Shown here: positions 52,501 to 64,000 of the stretch, piece by piece
Layout of the letters: every line of letters starts with the position of its first letter
How positions within the stretch are numbered: position 1 is the stretch's first letter
NCBI RefSeq assembly: GCF_964355755.1
Contig: NC_092674.1
Span: 18,104,001 to 18,168,000, forward strand
From: Antedon mediterranea
Lineage: Eukaryota; Animalia; Echinodermata
DNA: 64,000 bases
Direction of reading: 5' to 3'
The notes under the pieces: generated by a model
Databases searched by the model: none
What the model was told of the DNA's origin: nothing
The model's input: the letters and a program-made list of their open reading frames with translations, nothing else
Program-made: the position numbers and the translations under genes

Positions 52501-55500
52501 ATTTGATGATTGACTGTATCGAATGCTTTCTTTAGATCTAAAAATATTCCAACAACTATGTTTCCCTTATCTAATTTCTCAGACAAATTTTGTACTAACT
52601 CAATAATAGCAAGTTTTGTGCTGTACCCTTCTCTAAATCCATACTGTTGATGATATAATAAATCAAATTTACCGTACTTAAATAACATAAAAGTTGCTTA
52701 TTTATAATTTTCTCAAATACTTTACTAAATTGTGGCAATACAGATATTGGTCTGTAATTCCCTGGATCTGATGGCAGACCCTTTTTAAATAATGGAAATA
52801 CCTTTGCTTTTTTTAAGTCATCAGGGAAGATCCCTGTAGATAATGACAAATTAATTATATACGTAAAAGGTCTAGATATATAATCTGCTGCATATATAAT
52901 TAATTTAGGATTAATTTGGTCCAAGCCTACAGCTTTATTCTTATCTAAACCCTTTAAGATATCATTTACTTCTTCATCAACAACATAATTGAAAAATAAT
53001 GAATTTTGGGGTACAGTTGATAAATATATATTATGATTTACATTTGTGTTATCAATACATTCTTCTGCAAGATTTTTTCCAATTGAAACAAAGTAATCGT
53101 TGAAACCATTAATTATTGCTGTTTGATTAGTTTCTATATTAACATTGCCATCACATGATTTAATTTCTAATTTATTAGGTAATTTCATTTTCTTCTTACC
53201 TCTTCCTAAAATATCATTAATAATTTCCCATATTTTATTTGTATTACCACACTTTTCTTCAAATTGATCTGAGTAATATTTCTGTTTTGCTGTTCTTAAG
53301 GTGTTTGTAAGACAATTTCGATATCGTTTATACTTTGCTAACATATCTACATTGTAATTACTTTTTATTACCTTTGAAAATAACCTATGTTTATGCTTAA
53401 TTTATTTTTTTATACTAGAATTAATCCATGGTTTCTTTAGTTTCTTTCTTGGGTTAACAGTTTTTAAAACTAATGGTGCATGTTTATTACAAACTTCTAG
53501 AAATAACCTTTTAAACTCTGTGTAAGCAGAATTTACCTCTTGACTATCAAATACTTCAGACCAATTTACATTCATAAGATCATGTTGGAAGTGTTGGATA
53601 TTAAACTTGGAAAATTTTCTAAATTTGATTTGATCAGTCTGTTGGAAGTAGTCATTAAGGTTCTCTAACATACAAAAAGTAGCCAAATGGTCTGATATAT
53701 CTAATTCTATGGTTCCTGAAGTTAAAAATCTAGAATGGATATTTGTATACACATGATCAATCGTTGTTCTTGAGCTACTGGTTATTCGTGTATATACATT
53801 AATAAGTTGTATAAAGTTTAAGCAAGACAAGCTATTTTTTAGACTTAAAGCATCTGCAGCATTTAAATTACTTGCATTAATATTAAAATCCCCAATTAAT
53901 ATGCATTCAGTACCTTGTTGTTTAATATTTGCAAGTGACAATTCTAGGCTTTCAATAAATTCCTCAACGTTTGTATTTGGTTGCCTATATAAAACTCCAA
54001 CTATGAGGGATTTATTTTGACCAACATCTATTTCCAGCCATAAAGACTCAGAATGATGTACATTATAATCAATAGCCGTATAATTAATTGAATCATGTAT
54101 GTACGCTCCTACTCCACCTCCTCTTTGATTAATACGACATTTAGTTTCCAACGAGTAATTATTCATTTTAAACAAATCCTTGTTTGTAACTTGCCACACT
54201 TCCGACAAGGCTATAATTTTAAATTTACTTTGAACCAATTCCTCATAAAATAATTTAAATTCTTCAAAGTTCTTGTTAAGCGATCTAATATTAATGTGAG
54301 ATACTGAAAACACTGATTGAGATTTATTATCAAAAAAATTACAAAATTCAGATGACGAATATGTCTTACAGCTATTATGTAATTGATAATCTAGATTTTG
54401 GTTAGCAATTAAAACCATATAAATAAATATTAAGTACAGAAAAACTATTAGCATTATTATACAATTTTACCAATATCATCTTCACTATTAATAACAATCA
54501 ACATTGAACCCTGTTGTTTGCGTACATAGATGCGCCCATTGTATGTCCACAAATACTTATAGTTCTTTGTCTTCCTTATATCGTTTATTTTTCCCATAAG
54601 ACTACGTTTCTTTTGAGTTAAGTTTTCATTAACATATATGTGGTTTTTACCTGTGTATCCAAGCATATCAGTAGTTGTATTCCTAATCTTTTTCCTGTCA
54701 TTATATACTTGATCACGCTTCTTTCTGCTGCAAAATTTGACAATTATTGGTCTGTCTGTTCTATCTCGATTACCAATCCTATGTGAAGCCTCGATGTCCT
54801 CTTTTTTTATACTACTGTCGATTTCCTTTAGAACTTTCAGTGCAATATCTTCAGTATTTTCATTTGCAATTTGTGATATACCTCTTATTTCAATATTCTC
54901 TCGTCTGCTATACTGATTCTGTTCATCCTGCTCTTTCTCTAATTTCTCCACGTAAGATCTTCGTTATCTTCTTTCAGTTGTTTATTTTCTTGCTCAATGC
55001 TTTTCATCTTAACACAGTTTTCTTCAATTAGTTTGTTAAAGAATTCCATGGACGATTTGATTTCCCTCATATTTTCTAAGAGACTGGGTATAAACTTGAC
55101 TTGGTCTTTTATATCAGATAGTTGTTTCAAAACTGCATCTGTTGGAACATCATCTGCCGAGTCTTCATCTCCAACTATTAACACCTCATCCTCTTTCCCT
55201 TTTCCTTTAACGGTCTTAGGTCTAGGCATCCTTGTTTGTTGTATAGCCTATTCCCACGTGTACTCTTGCTCACCTCACTCAGCTAGTCACTAGAGTGAAC
55301 ACTGCCTGGCTAGTAGCTTCCGGTTTGTGGCTAGGCCTAGCTTTTGGATAACGTGTTAACATCAGATTCAAACCAAACCAGGTGCTAATTTTACAGAATC
55401 CCAACATAAATAAGATATAAATGACACTTAACCACAAATTCTGTTTATAAAATAATTAAAACCGGATAATTTTGGAGCCCTTGAGAGAGCAAAATCCTAA

Positions 55501-55523
55501 ATATCCACATGGTCCAAAACGCC
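49556..55523 (-). mobile_element. Full-length L2-group (Crack/Kiri-like) LINE with ORF1 and ORF2, frameshifted
   Basis: ORF1 54939-55229 plus 54457-54951 (NQYSRRENIEIRGI, RPIIVKF, IYVNENLT, YKYLWTYNGRIYVRK). ORF2 pieces 53402-54454 (EN), 52595-53344, 51996-52688 (GVPQGS, LFADD) and 51569-52006. 3' stem-loop at about 49640-49683 and (GAAA)n tail at 49556-49575. Confidence 0.93.
49817..51437 (-). mobile_element. Complete Helentron-type (HINE/DINE-like) non-autonomous element in the LINE 3'UTR
   Basis: 12-bp subterminal IR ttagttatccgc (49846-49857) / gcggataactaa (51425-51436), 5' palindrome 51403-51434, 3' hairpin aactcgtca-ctt-tgacgagtt and terminal CTAG. Confidence 0.85.
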
Positions 55524-56400
55524 CTCAATCACCTTATGAAAAAAAAATCCTTTGTGATTAAGGGTCAAATGTCAATATTGACCAATCATAGAACGTACCT
55601 ATAAAACCAAATTAAAACTAATATTTAATAAAAATTGGATGTTTTCTCATCCTGTTAATCAATCATACGCAATGTAAAAGAGCGAATACATCATTTCATC
55701 AGTTGACATAAGGTCAATTTCATCAGTTGACATAAGGTCAAAGGTCAACATTTTAATACACGTATTAGTTAACAAATAAATGCAAAGTTGTCCAAACTAT
55801 GATATTGATGGTTTTACAAGTAATCAAATTATTTGATTAGTAAAGTTATGTTATTTCATAAAAATTTTGATTAATAGAATAATAATACTGTATTTAATCA
55901 AATCAGACTTCGATCAGGATAGGAAGCGAATAGGAAGAGATAAGGGGTCAAAGTTCAAAATTGACCAATTATAACAATGTATTATACATATGTATTATAA
56001 CCAATTTATTAAAGTTCAATTTGGTCTTTTAATACATTTGTATGGTTATAGGTATTGTATGGTGTTATTCAGTCGCCTTATAAAACAAATACTTTGCAAT
56101 TAAAGGTCAAATGTCAATATTGACCCATCACACAATTTGGATTTAAAACCAAAAAAAACACTAACATTTAAGACAAAATGTTATGTTTTATCATTCTGTT
56201 AAGACATCTATCAATCATACACAATCAAAAGAGCACATTTATCATTACACAAGTTGACATAGGTCAAAGGTCAACATTTGAACAAATGATATATTAAATA
56301 ATGCAAAGTTATTCAAACTATGAGATAAATGTAATCACGTTATTTGATCAGTGAAGTTATGGTATTTTTATATTTTTTCTAGTGCGCATTATTTTAAATG
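55524..56400. repeat. About 0.5-kb duplicated unit (ggtcaaaggtca-rich); the first copy is split by the LINE (left part about 49405-49555)
   Basis: 49405-49555 plus 55524-55905 aligns with 55910-56400. A related inverted piece lies at about 43840-43930. Confidence 0.7.
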
Positions 56401-56729
56401 TTTTAATATAATACTGTAAAATAAATAATAAAATTAATATTATGACGATTAAAATGTTATGATGTTAAAATGTGGCGCTGACCTTCAATGATTTGCCACT
56501 ATACAGTTGCATTTATATTAGGGCTACAATATTCGTTTTTGGAAAATAAACTACTATTCATCAGAACCAGAGAATACCAATTCGTACAGGATAGGGCATA
56601 GGCAGATTCAGGTGGCCAAACTCAATCCACAACTCACTACACAGACAGACCACAATTTTTATATAGCCACAGATAGTTTGGCCCATACAGGAAAGAGTTT
56701 CCTGTACATAAAGGATTCTAAAATAACCC

Positions 56730-58070
56730 ATATGGATTTGCCCGAATGAACCCTCTAAGGACCCTTTTGGGATCTCTATGTGGTGTGCTACATAAGGCCC
56801 TGTATTAGAAATTAATATGGGGTAAATAGTTCATAGATGAACTATGGAATAAAACTAAATGTGCACCTTCATTCTTTAAATAACATTTTTTTGCCCAAAT
56901 GAACCCAAGGGCCGATCCTTCATGGACCTTTCGGGGTTCTCTATGTGGGACTACAAGAGACCCTATATTGGAAATAATGTATGTGGGGTGAAAATGTGAG
57001 TTCATAGAGATATAATAAATATCCCTGTACACCCTCGATCATCCATAAGGAACATTTTATGGATTTGCCCAAATTAACCCAAGGGCCGGTCGTTCTCCAT
57101 GGATGGACATTATTAGCCCATAATGGAAATATAAGGGGTGACTCTGTGAGTTCATATAGACAGGCGCGGCCCATGGAGGGCCCATGGAATAAAGCTGCCT
57201 GTGAACTCTCGTTCCTTAAAGATGTATTGTCCCTTTGAATAATTCCCAAACAATTTTTTTTTTTTTAATTTTGAAAAAAAGTGGGTCATTTTGAAGTGTC
57301 ATAATAGTTATTAACTTTCACAAAAAATTAGTAAAAAAAAAAATAATTTAACCGAAATACAGATGTTTTTTGGTTCAAAAAATAACTTTGACTTCCAGTC
57401 AAAGTTTTCAATCAAAACATATCCCATAATGCAATGTGCTTGTTTGGCTACTCTGTATGCATAATCATAAAACTTCCTCGCGATCTGTGTGAAAACACCT
57501 TCTCAACCGTGATGAGTTGTAAACAATCCTAATTAGCATCATGCATAATGCATACTCATGGTTTGAAATCTTTGTTTACTTTCGCTTGCGACGATTTCTC
57601 AGACGAAATGTAATTAATTTACCTGTTAATTACGTAAACTGTTGTTTTTGGCTCGAATTTTCGACTTAAAGTGAATAACTTTAATATTACTTTGATATGG
57701 CCAATTTAAATTTAGAATATTTTTTTTTCATTTTTTGTGTTTCAAGGGACAATACATCTTTAAGGAAAATGAATGATTTGCCCAAATTTTAACCCAAGGG
57801 CCGGTCCTCCATGGACATTAAGCCCTATAATGGAAATATAATGGGTGACACTGTGAGTTTATAATAGACAGGCGGGGCCCATGGAATAAAGCTGCCTTGC
57901 ACTCTCGATCCTTAAGGAACACTTATGGATTTGCCCAAATTAACCCAAGGGCCGGTCATCCATGGACATTAAGCCTCATAATGGAAATAAAGGGGTTTAT
58001 ATAGACAGGCACATGGAATAAAGCTGCCTGTGCACTCTCGATCCTTAAGGAACCGATTTGGATTTTGCCT
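56730..58070. repeat. Tandem array of about 150-bp units
   Basis: ggatttgcccaaattaacccaagggccggtc...ccatggaataaagctgcc...ccttaaggaac recurring near 56734, 56890, 57061, 57775 and 57928. Confidence 0.8.
57220..57759. mobile_element. Kolobok-like MITE (540 bp)
   Basis: TTAA TSD, 16-bp TIR agatgtattgtccctt with AG...CT termini. Splits the ccTTAAgg site of a 150-bp repeat unit. Confidence 0.85.
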
Positions 58071-58439
58071 AAAATGAAACAACAGCAGGTCATCTATTTA
58101 GACCCTTCTGTGGTTCTCTACTGTATGTTCAGTTCTACATTTGGCCCCTGTATTGGATCAATGCATATATTTGATCCATAGATAGTTGGCAAGCAGAATC
58201 CAGTATCATTACAGTGTGATATAATCAAATTTATAAATGACGCTGTCACACATCATGTAAAAAGAAATACAATAGCCCCTATTGGTTTTATTATATCGTG
58301 TATTCTTTTTAGCTAGTAACAATGGTGAATGTACAGTATTCAGTTATTTAATGCATACAGCCAGTAACCTCGATGTCTTTGCTTAATTGTGCTTTTACAG
58401 TATGTCGGTAGTTACCACTGCATGTAAAATATTCGACCT

Positions 58440-59060
58440 GGGTTCAGTTAGAGAAAAATAATGTGCAATAATCAATACAGCAGTCGATCCACTGTGGATA
58501 AGTAATGATATTTAATTTTGTCCAGTATTATTAATGTTGCCTTTTATCAGATATCACTGTATAATGTTAGTACAGTAACAATTTTAAATTTGACTTCGGC
58601 AGTTATAGTAAAATAATGTGCAGTAATCAATACAGTAGTCGATCCATTATGGATAAGTAACGATATTTAATTCGATTCAGTTTGTTGCGTTTTATCAGAT
58701 ATCACTTTCTTATGTTAGTTAGTAAATAATGTGCAATAACCAATACAGTAGTCGATCCATTGTGGATAAGTAACGATATTTAATTCGATTCAGTTTGTTG
58801 CGTTTTATCAGATATCACTTTCTTATGTTAGTTAGTAAAATAATGTGCAATAATCAATACAGTAGTCGATCCATTGTGGATAAGTAACGATATTTAATTT
58901 GGTTCAGTATTATTAATATTAATTAATGTTGCCTTTTATCAGATATCACTGTCAAATGTTAGTACAGTAACAATTAAAAGTTTGACTTTGGTTCAGTTAA
59001 AGTAAAACAATGTGCAGTAATCGATACAGTAGTCGATCCATTATGGACAAGTAACGACGT
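58440..59060. repeat. Tandem array of 113-170-bp units
   Basis: Five copies of aatgtgcaataatcaatacagtagtcgatccattgtggataagtaacgatattt. Confidence 0.85.
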
Positions 59061-59699
59061 TTAAAATGTTGGCAGATTAAGTTTTTTGTTGGTTTTTATC
59101 AGTCTAATTCACATAAAAACGGTTACTTTTTTTTAGTAATAGTGTGCAATCGATAGTCTAATCTATACCTTACCAATTCTCTAAGTGATTATGTTGAATT
59201 CGAACTATTATTTACTTTACTATTATGTTATGTTATGTAAAAAATGTTGCAAATTTAGATTTCGTTGCCTTTTTTCATATAGACATATCACTAGTGTCTA
59301 GCGTGTAATTAAAACAATATTTAAATCGAGTTATAATAATAATGCACAATAATCGGTACCGGTGTCGATCATTATGAGTGTAATTATTAATTAGTTTATC
59401 TGAAAAATATTCTTAAATTATATTATTTTGTGTTGTGAAATAATGATTTTGATATAATATTGATTGTTCAAAATGATACCCTAAAATACAAATCTGCTGT
59501 TGGTTATTTTAAGTGTTTTTGTTGGTGTTATTTATTATTCCAAAATAAAGATACATTTCAATTATAAAATAAAAGTCACTCGTTATCGTGAATGTGTTTG
59601 TATTATCAACATTGTTGATCACGAATGGAGCCTCGGGTATTAGAGCTGGTGTGTACCGAAAAAAGTGAAAAAAAATAAACATTTTTTCAAAAATGATTA

Positions 59700-60671
59700 C
59701 ACACTTATCATGGATAAACCCATTTTGGGCGAGTTCCTAAGAGTTTGATGTTTGATGATTGGGTACAGGAAACAACTGCTCTCTTTACTTATTGTTTTAG
59801 CATTCTACTGTGTATTTATTGTCAGTCCGAGTCCGTATCACGTATTTCTAACTCAGCTGAACGCCATTAGACGACATACGCGCCGAGTATATAGCCGAAT
59901 AGGGGGAAACTGCGGACCTTTAGGGCTGCTGTCTGAGCTTATGTACAGGATAAAGTTGCTGTCATTGGTGTTTTTGTCATCCCAAATATGTACTGCTGCC
60001 ATTAAAAAAGATTCAACCTTGTATCGCTTCACATGAATAAACCCATTTGGGCGTGGCCCTAAAATGTTGCTGTTTGGCGCCCCGTACAGGATTAAGTTGC
60101 TGTCATTGGTGATGTAATCATTAGTAGCCCACTGCGAATGATATCCAAAAAAGTTTATCCTTGTATCGCTTCACATAAATAAATGCATTTTTACCCCCCA
60201 ATGTTATGATCCCCACAGTCCCCATGTACAGGCTGTGACCCGGCAGCAATATCGAATATTGCATCTCGCCCTAATACGCACCTAACTACATCATCAAACC
60301 TTTTGTATCTTTTCACATGAATAAATATTCCGGGCGCCCGGTCTATATGTTGTGTTTTTCCGCAAAAATGACATTCTAAATAAAATGTTATGACTATAAG
60401 TTTGATATCACTGAATAGGAAATTTAATAAGCTTTCGGATGACATAAATCCCACTTGTATATAATGTATTTTAAATGGTTAAATATATGTAATTAATGGG
60501 GCATATTAATTTTGACTTAAAATGACCTTTATTGACCTCTGATCCTTGACCCATTGCTTGGATTTTCGGTGACTTTTAGTATGTCGTTCTACACATTATA
60601 TAGAATTAAAAAATACTAGCTTTGTTACTATTGCAATTTGTGGTGGGTATATCATTAGATTGACTGGACTA
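59700..60671. mobile_element. Right end of another Academ-family element
   Basis: tagattgactggacta at 60656-60671 is identical to the Academ terminus at 27097-27112, preceded by actattgcaatttg and internal subrepeats. Left end not found. Confidence 0.7.
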
Positions 60672-61812
60672 TTAAAAGAAATCTAATCTTTGATTGGTTG
60701 CGTGATGCATGAAAATTCTCATTACAAAGTCAATATATAAATCAAACAATGGAGGAGGTTCGGGTCCTCCTTGACGAACACCAGCGGTTGTTGGTACGTT
60801 TCATCCTTCAACACTTAAACGGATATTGCCGAGAGATTTCTTGGAGTTGTTCAACAAACCCCGGTATATCTGTTGTAACTTCAGTAGGAGTTTCGTCCTC
60901 TCGAGGTAGTGGTGGATTAAAATGGTTGGTCAAGTGATCGATGAGCGGTCAGAAAAGGGGTTTCCGTTTCACTTTTGGCAAACGTTGCCCATTAGAGTCA
61001 ATAGAAATATGGGTCCTAAGTAGTTTGTCAGAAAAATTATTCCAATACACTTGGCCCATGTACCATTATTTTTTTCAGCCAACAAACAAAAAAAAATTGA
61101 TTAGCATTATTATTATTTTATTATTATTATAACTTTCTTTAAACATGATATCTTGTTTCACCATAATTTGGCCGTGTTGACATTATAATTTGTATTAGGT
61201 AAAAATGAACAACTAAAGACTATATACAGTACAAATGGGTACACATATCAATATACATTTACAAGGAATTACAAAAACAAAATATATCAAAATGAAGCAA
61301 AAACCATTACTTTACAAAAGTTTTTAAAATATTTTAACAGTAGGTGCATTTCTAGGTTGATCATTTAAATTATTGCACAACATTGCACCACGATAAGTTA
61401 GACTTTTCTTTTTATACTCTGTTTTTGGATGATATAATAATATATTGATAAAATGTATTGATATAAGGTAGCAAAAAAACATTGTTAATATATAGAGGGT
61501 GCAGGTAACCGCCTTTCAGATATCAATTAAATTCACTACTATAAACAGTCAAGTGTCAACAAAAAAACTCACACAATTTTAAAATGCTCAAAATCAATTT
61601 CTAATTAAATGAGAGCATTGTTCAGGACATTTTGAACATTTCAAAATTATTCAATTTTTTAATTATTTACAATTGATATAATTGTGCCTATCGGATACTG
61701 TGACGTTATCATATTAGGCCATAAGCAGTAAATTCTAATGTTTCATCTACAAAATCTACAATATTTTTACATATTTTTAGAATAATAATTTTCTAAATAA
61801 TAATAATAATAA

Positions 61813-63174
61813 CTAGATTTGAACTCATCAACATGCAAATGCGTTAAACTATTATGAACGTCGACAATTATTATGCCATCCTATGACATGAATTAAATAG
61901 GTTACAGTGCTGAATTGTACCTATATCTTTGCAGTATTATAACAGTATTTACAGAATACACTGTATATGTTATATACAGTGTAGCATAGTTGAAATTACA
62001 TGACCCATCTTTCAATCTAATTTTTAACATCATCAAAATGAAACATGTATATAGCAATTTTGGAAGGAAATTATCTGAGCAACAACATATCAACGTGTTG
62101 AAGAAATTTGGATATGTAGAATATGGAAGCGCGCTCTTTTAAATATCATGAACTATGACACAAAATATGAAATTACGACTTTTATAATTGAACTGGCCAT
62201 ATGATGACATCACAACATCCGATGCACATAATTTGTACATGAATTTGTATCTACAATTCAACAGCTTCCAGAAAACGTTTTAATCATGAGTATCACTTAT
62301 GAGCTATAATAAATTGAAATTTATTGGAATGATGAAAAAAAGTGACCACATTTTTTCATGCTTTTGTAAATCATGCGAAAGATAATTGATTGACCTATCC
62401 AATATCAAAATATGGGGGAAAATGGAATACGGATAAGTGGAGATGCGCTCTATTAAATGTGATGAGCTATGACGGAAAAGACAAATATCCTATATTTTAT
62501 ATTCGAGTGGCCATATGATGATGTCACAATGTCCGGTTAGCCATATTACTGCATGATTTGATATTTACAACTCATCAACTTCCAGAATATGTGAAAAACT
62601 GTCCAATTCGAAGTGCTCGTATGACGTGATTTTAAATCAAAATTGTTTAAAAGTTGGTAAAAGAGTAGAAAAACATAATTCACACGAAAAAAAGATGTTT
62701 TTATCATTACAAGCGCACCATGCGCATAAAATTTGCGTGCTCGTGGAAATTTTTACATACTTAAAATGACATGAAAGTTGAAACGCGTAGAAAGTTGATT
62801 AGAAATTGATTTTTCGCATTTCAAAATTGTATACGCGCGTAACTTTCTGTAAAACATGCCATTTATTTTCCACAGAAAGTTAGCGCATGATATAAATTAC
62901 ACTTTTGCCAAGTTTCAATTTAAATTGTTTTATGGTTTTCGATCTATGTTAAATATGCGAAATTCATAAAATTGTGCATAACTTACGCTGCGCGACTCTA
63001 AATTTATATAACAAAGTTTCTTGCACATCTACAGTTACAGGTCAATCTTATGACAAAGTTATACAATCTTATGTTGGCCAGAATTAGAGATACGCTGCCG
63101 TGGAAAGTATATAGAAAAAAAAAAAAGATCCTGACAACAACAAGGGGTTATCCGCCAAGTGCGGATAACCAATA
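61813..63174 (-). mobile_element. Helentron-type non-autonomous element, diverged copy
   Basis: Colinear with 49817-51437. CTAG at 61813 and palindrome ggttatccgc-caagt-gcggataacc at 63146-63170. Confidence 0.8.
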
Positions 63175-64000
63175 ATAATATCCTGGATTTATATAGCGCC
63201 TAATGTTGTGAAACCTCTAAGCACTGTACATAAACTAGTACGATAAAAGGGATTCCAACCATGCCAAAAAAGACCCCATGCCATAATTAATATGATCTGG
63301 CCTAGTTAGCAGGCGTTCTCTATACTGAACCTAGCTAGGCTATCCTCTATTATGCATTCATTTTGATGGCTAATTGGTCCGAGGACTAGTATTCATACAT
63401 CCCATCAGCCCTTTTTTTTTTTATTTATAAATGATGACATCCTTAAAAATTCAAAAAAATGATGCACTGTTTAAATATATACTTTTAACTTTAATATATG
63501 AACATTTTAAAGAAGAAAGTTAATGTTAAGTTTGTTATTTCGGCCCAAGAAAATGTCATAGTTTGTTTGAACAACCTGACTGATCGTTTTTATTTATTTT
63601 TTAAATATTTATCCACACCCCCCCCCCCCCCCCCAATTTAAGTTACAATAAATAAGTTATTGTATAATCATTTATTTTTGTGTTGAAAATTTACTCGGGT
63701 GTCACTAACCTACTAGAATACACATTGCATGAATATAAATATTATTATGGCAAGTCCTTTCTAAGAAATCATGTAGGCCTACGTACTCCGCGAAAACAAA
63801 TAAAACATCAAAATTAGGAAATTCTCAAAATAAGGGCATGAAAATCTGTTGAAGACCATAACAACTTTTCAGTGACAGTTTCTTTATGATTTATCTTGAT
63901 AGATTGCGACTTATCAAATTACACATTGTGACCCTTTGATACAGTACCTCATCATCTTATATTCAAATTAAGAGCTTACCTTATTTTGTGAAATAGGGAA

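Noticed and set aside
58440-59060. CRISPR-like array
   Set aside because: Whole units repeat with no unique spacers, no cas genes, eukaryotic context.
63980-64000. Possible next upstream TPP2 exon end (AG|gtaagc on minus strand)
   Set aside because: The required phase-2 reading SLFHKIR does not resemble the expected TLK..VQ.LR, and only 21 nt are visible.

Overview
AT-rich, intron-containing eukaryotic DNA from an invertebrate animal (an echinoderm-like host is plausible but is inference). The only host gene I can support is tripeptidyl-peptidase II (TPP2) on the minus strand. Eight GT-AG exons between 48541 and 17652 splice in frame and match the C-terminal part of vertebrate TPP2. A ninth 69-nt in-frame candidate exon (46183-46251) sits where mammalian TPP2 carries its 13-aa alternatively spliced insert. 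The upstream exons and the terminal exon were not found in the window. Almost everything else is transposon-derived: a DIRS1 3' end, RTE fragments, a composite 5S+tRNA SINE, five CR1/L2-group LINEs, a Penelope-like insert with an inverted pLTR and hammerhead-like motif, an AcademX element, a Helitron, several Helentron-type elements, and Harbinger-, hAT-, ISL2EU-, Kolobok- and Tc1-like MITEs, with up to four nesting levels. A decayed spliced gene of unrecognised family with OTU-like and F-box-like segments (about 5440-6960) is the least explained piece. There are no prokaryotic systems or CRISPR arrays. All homology calls come from recognised motifs, not database searches.
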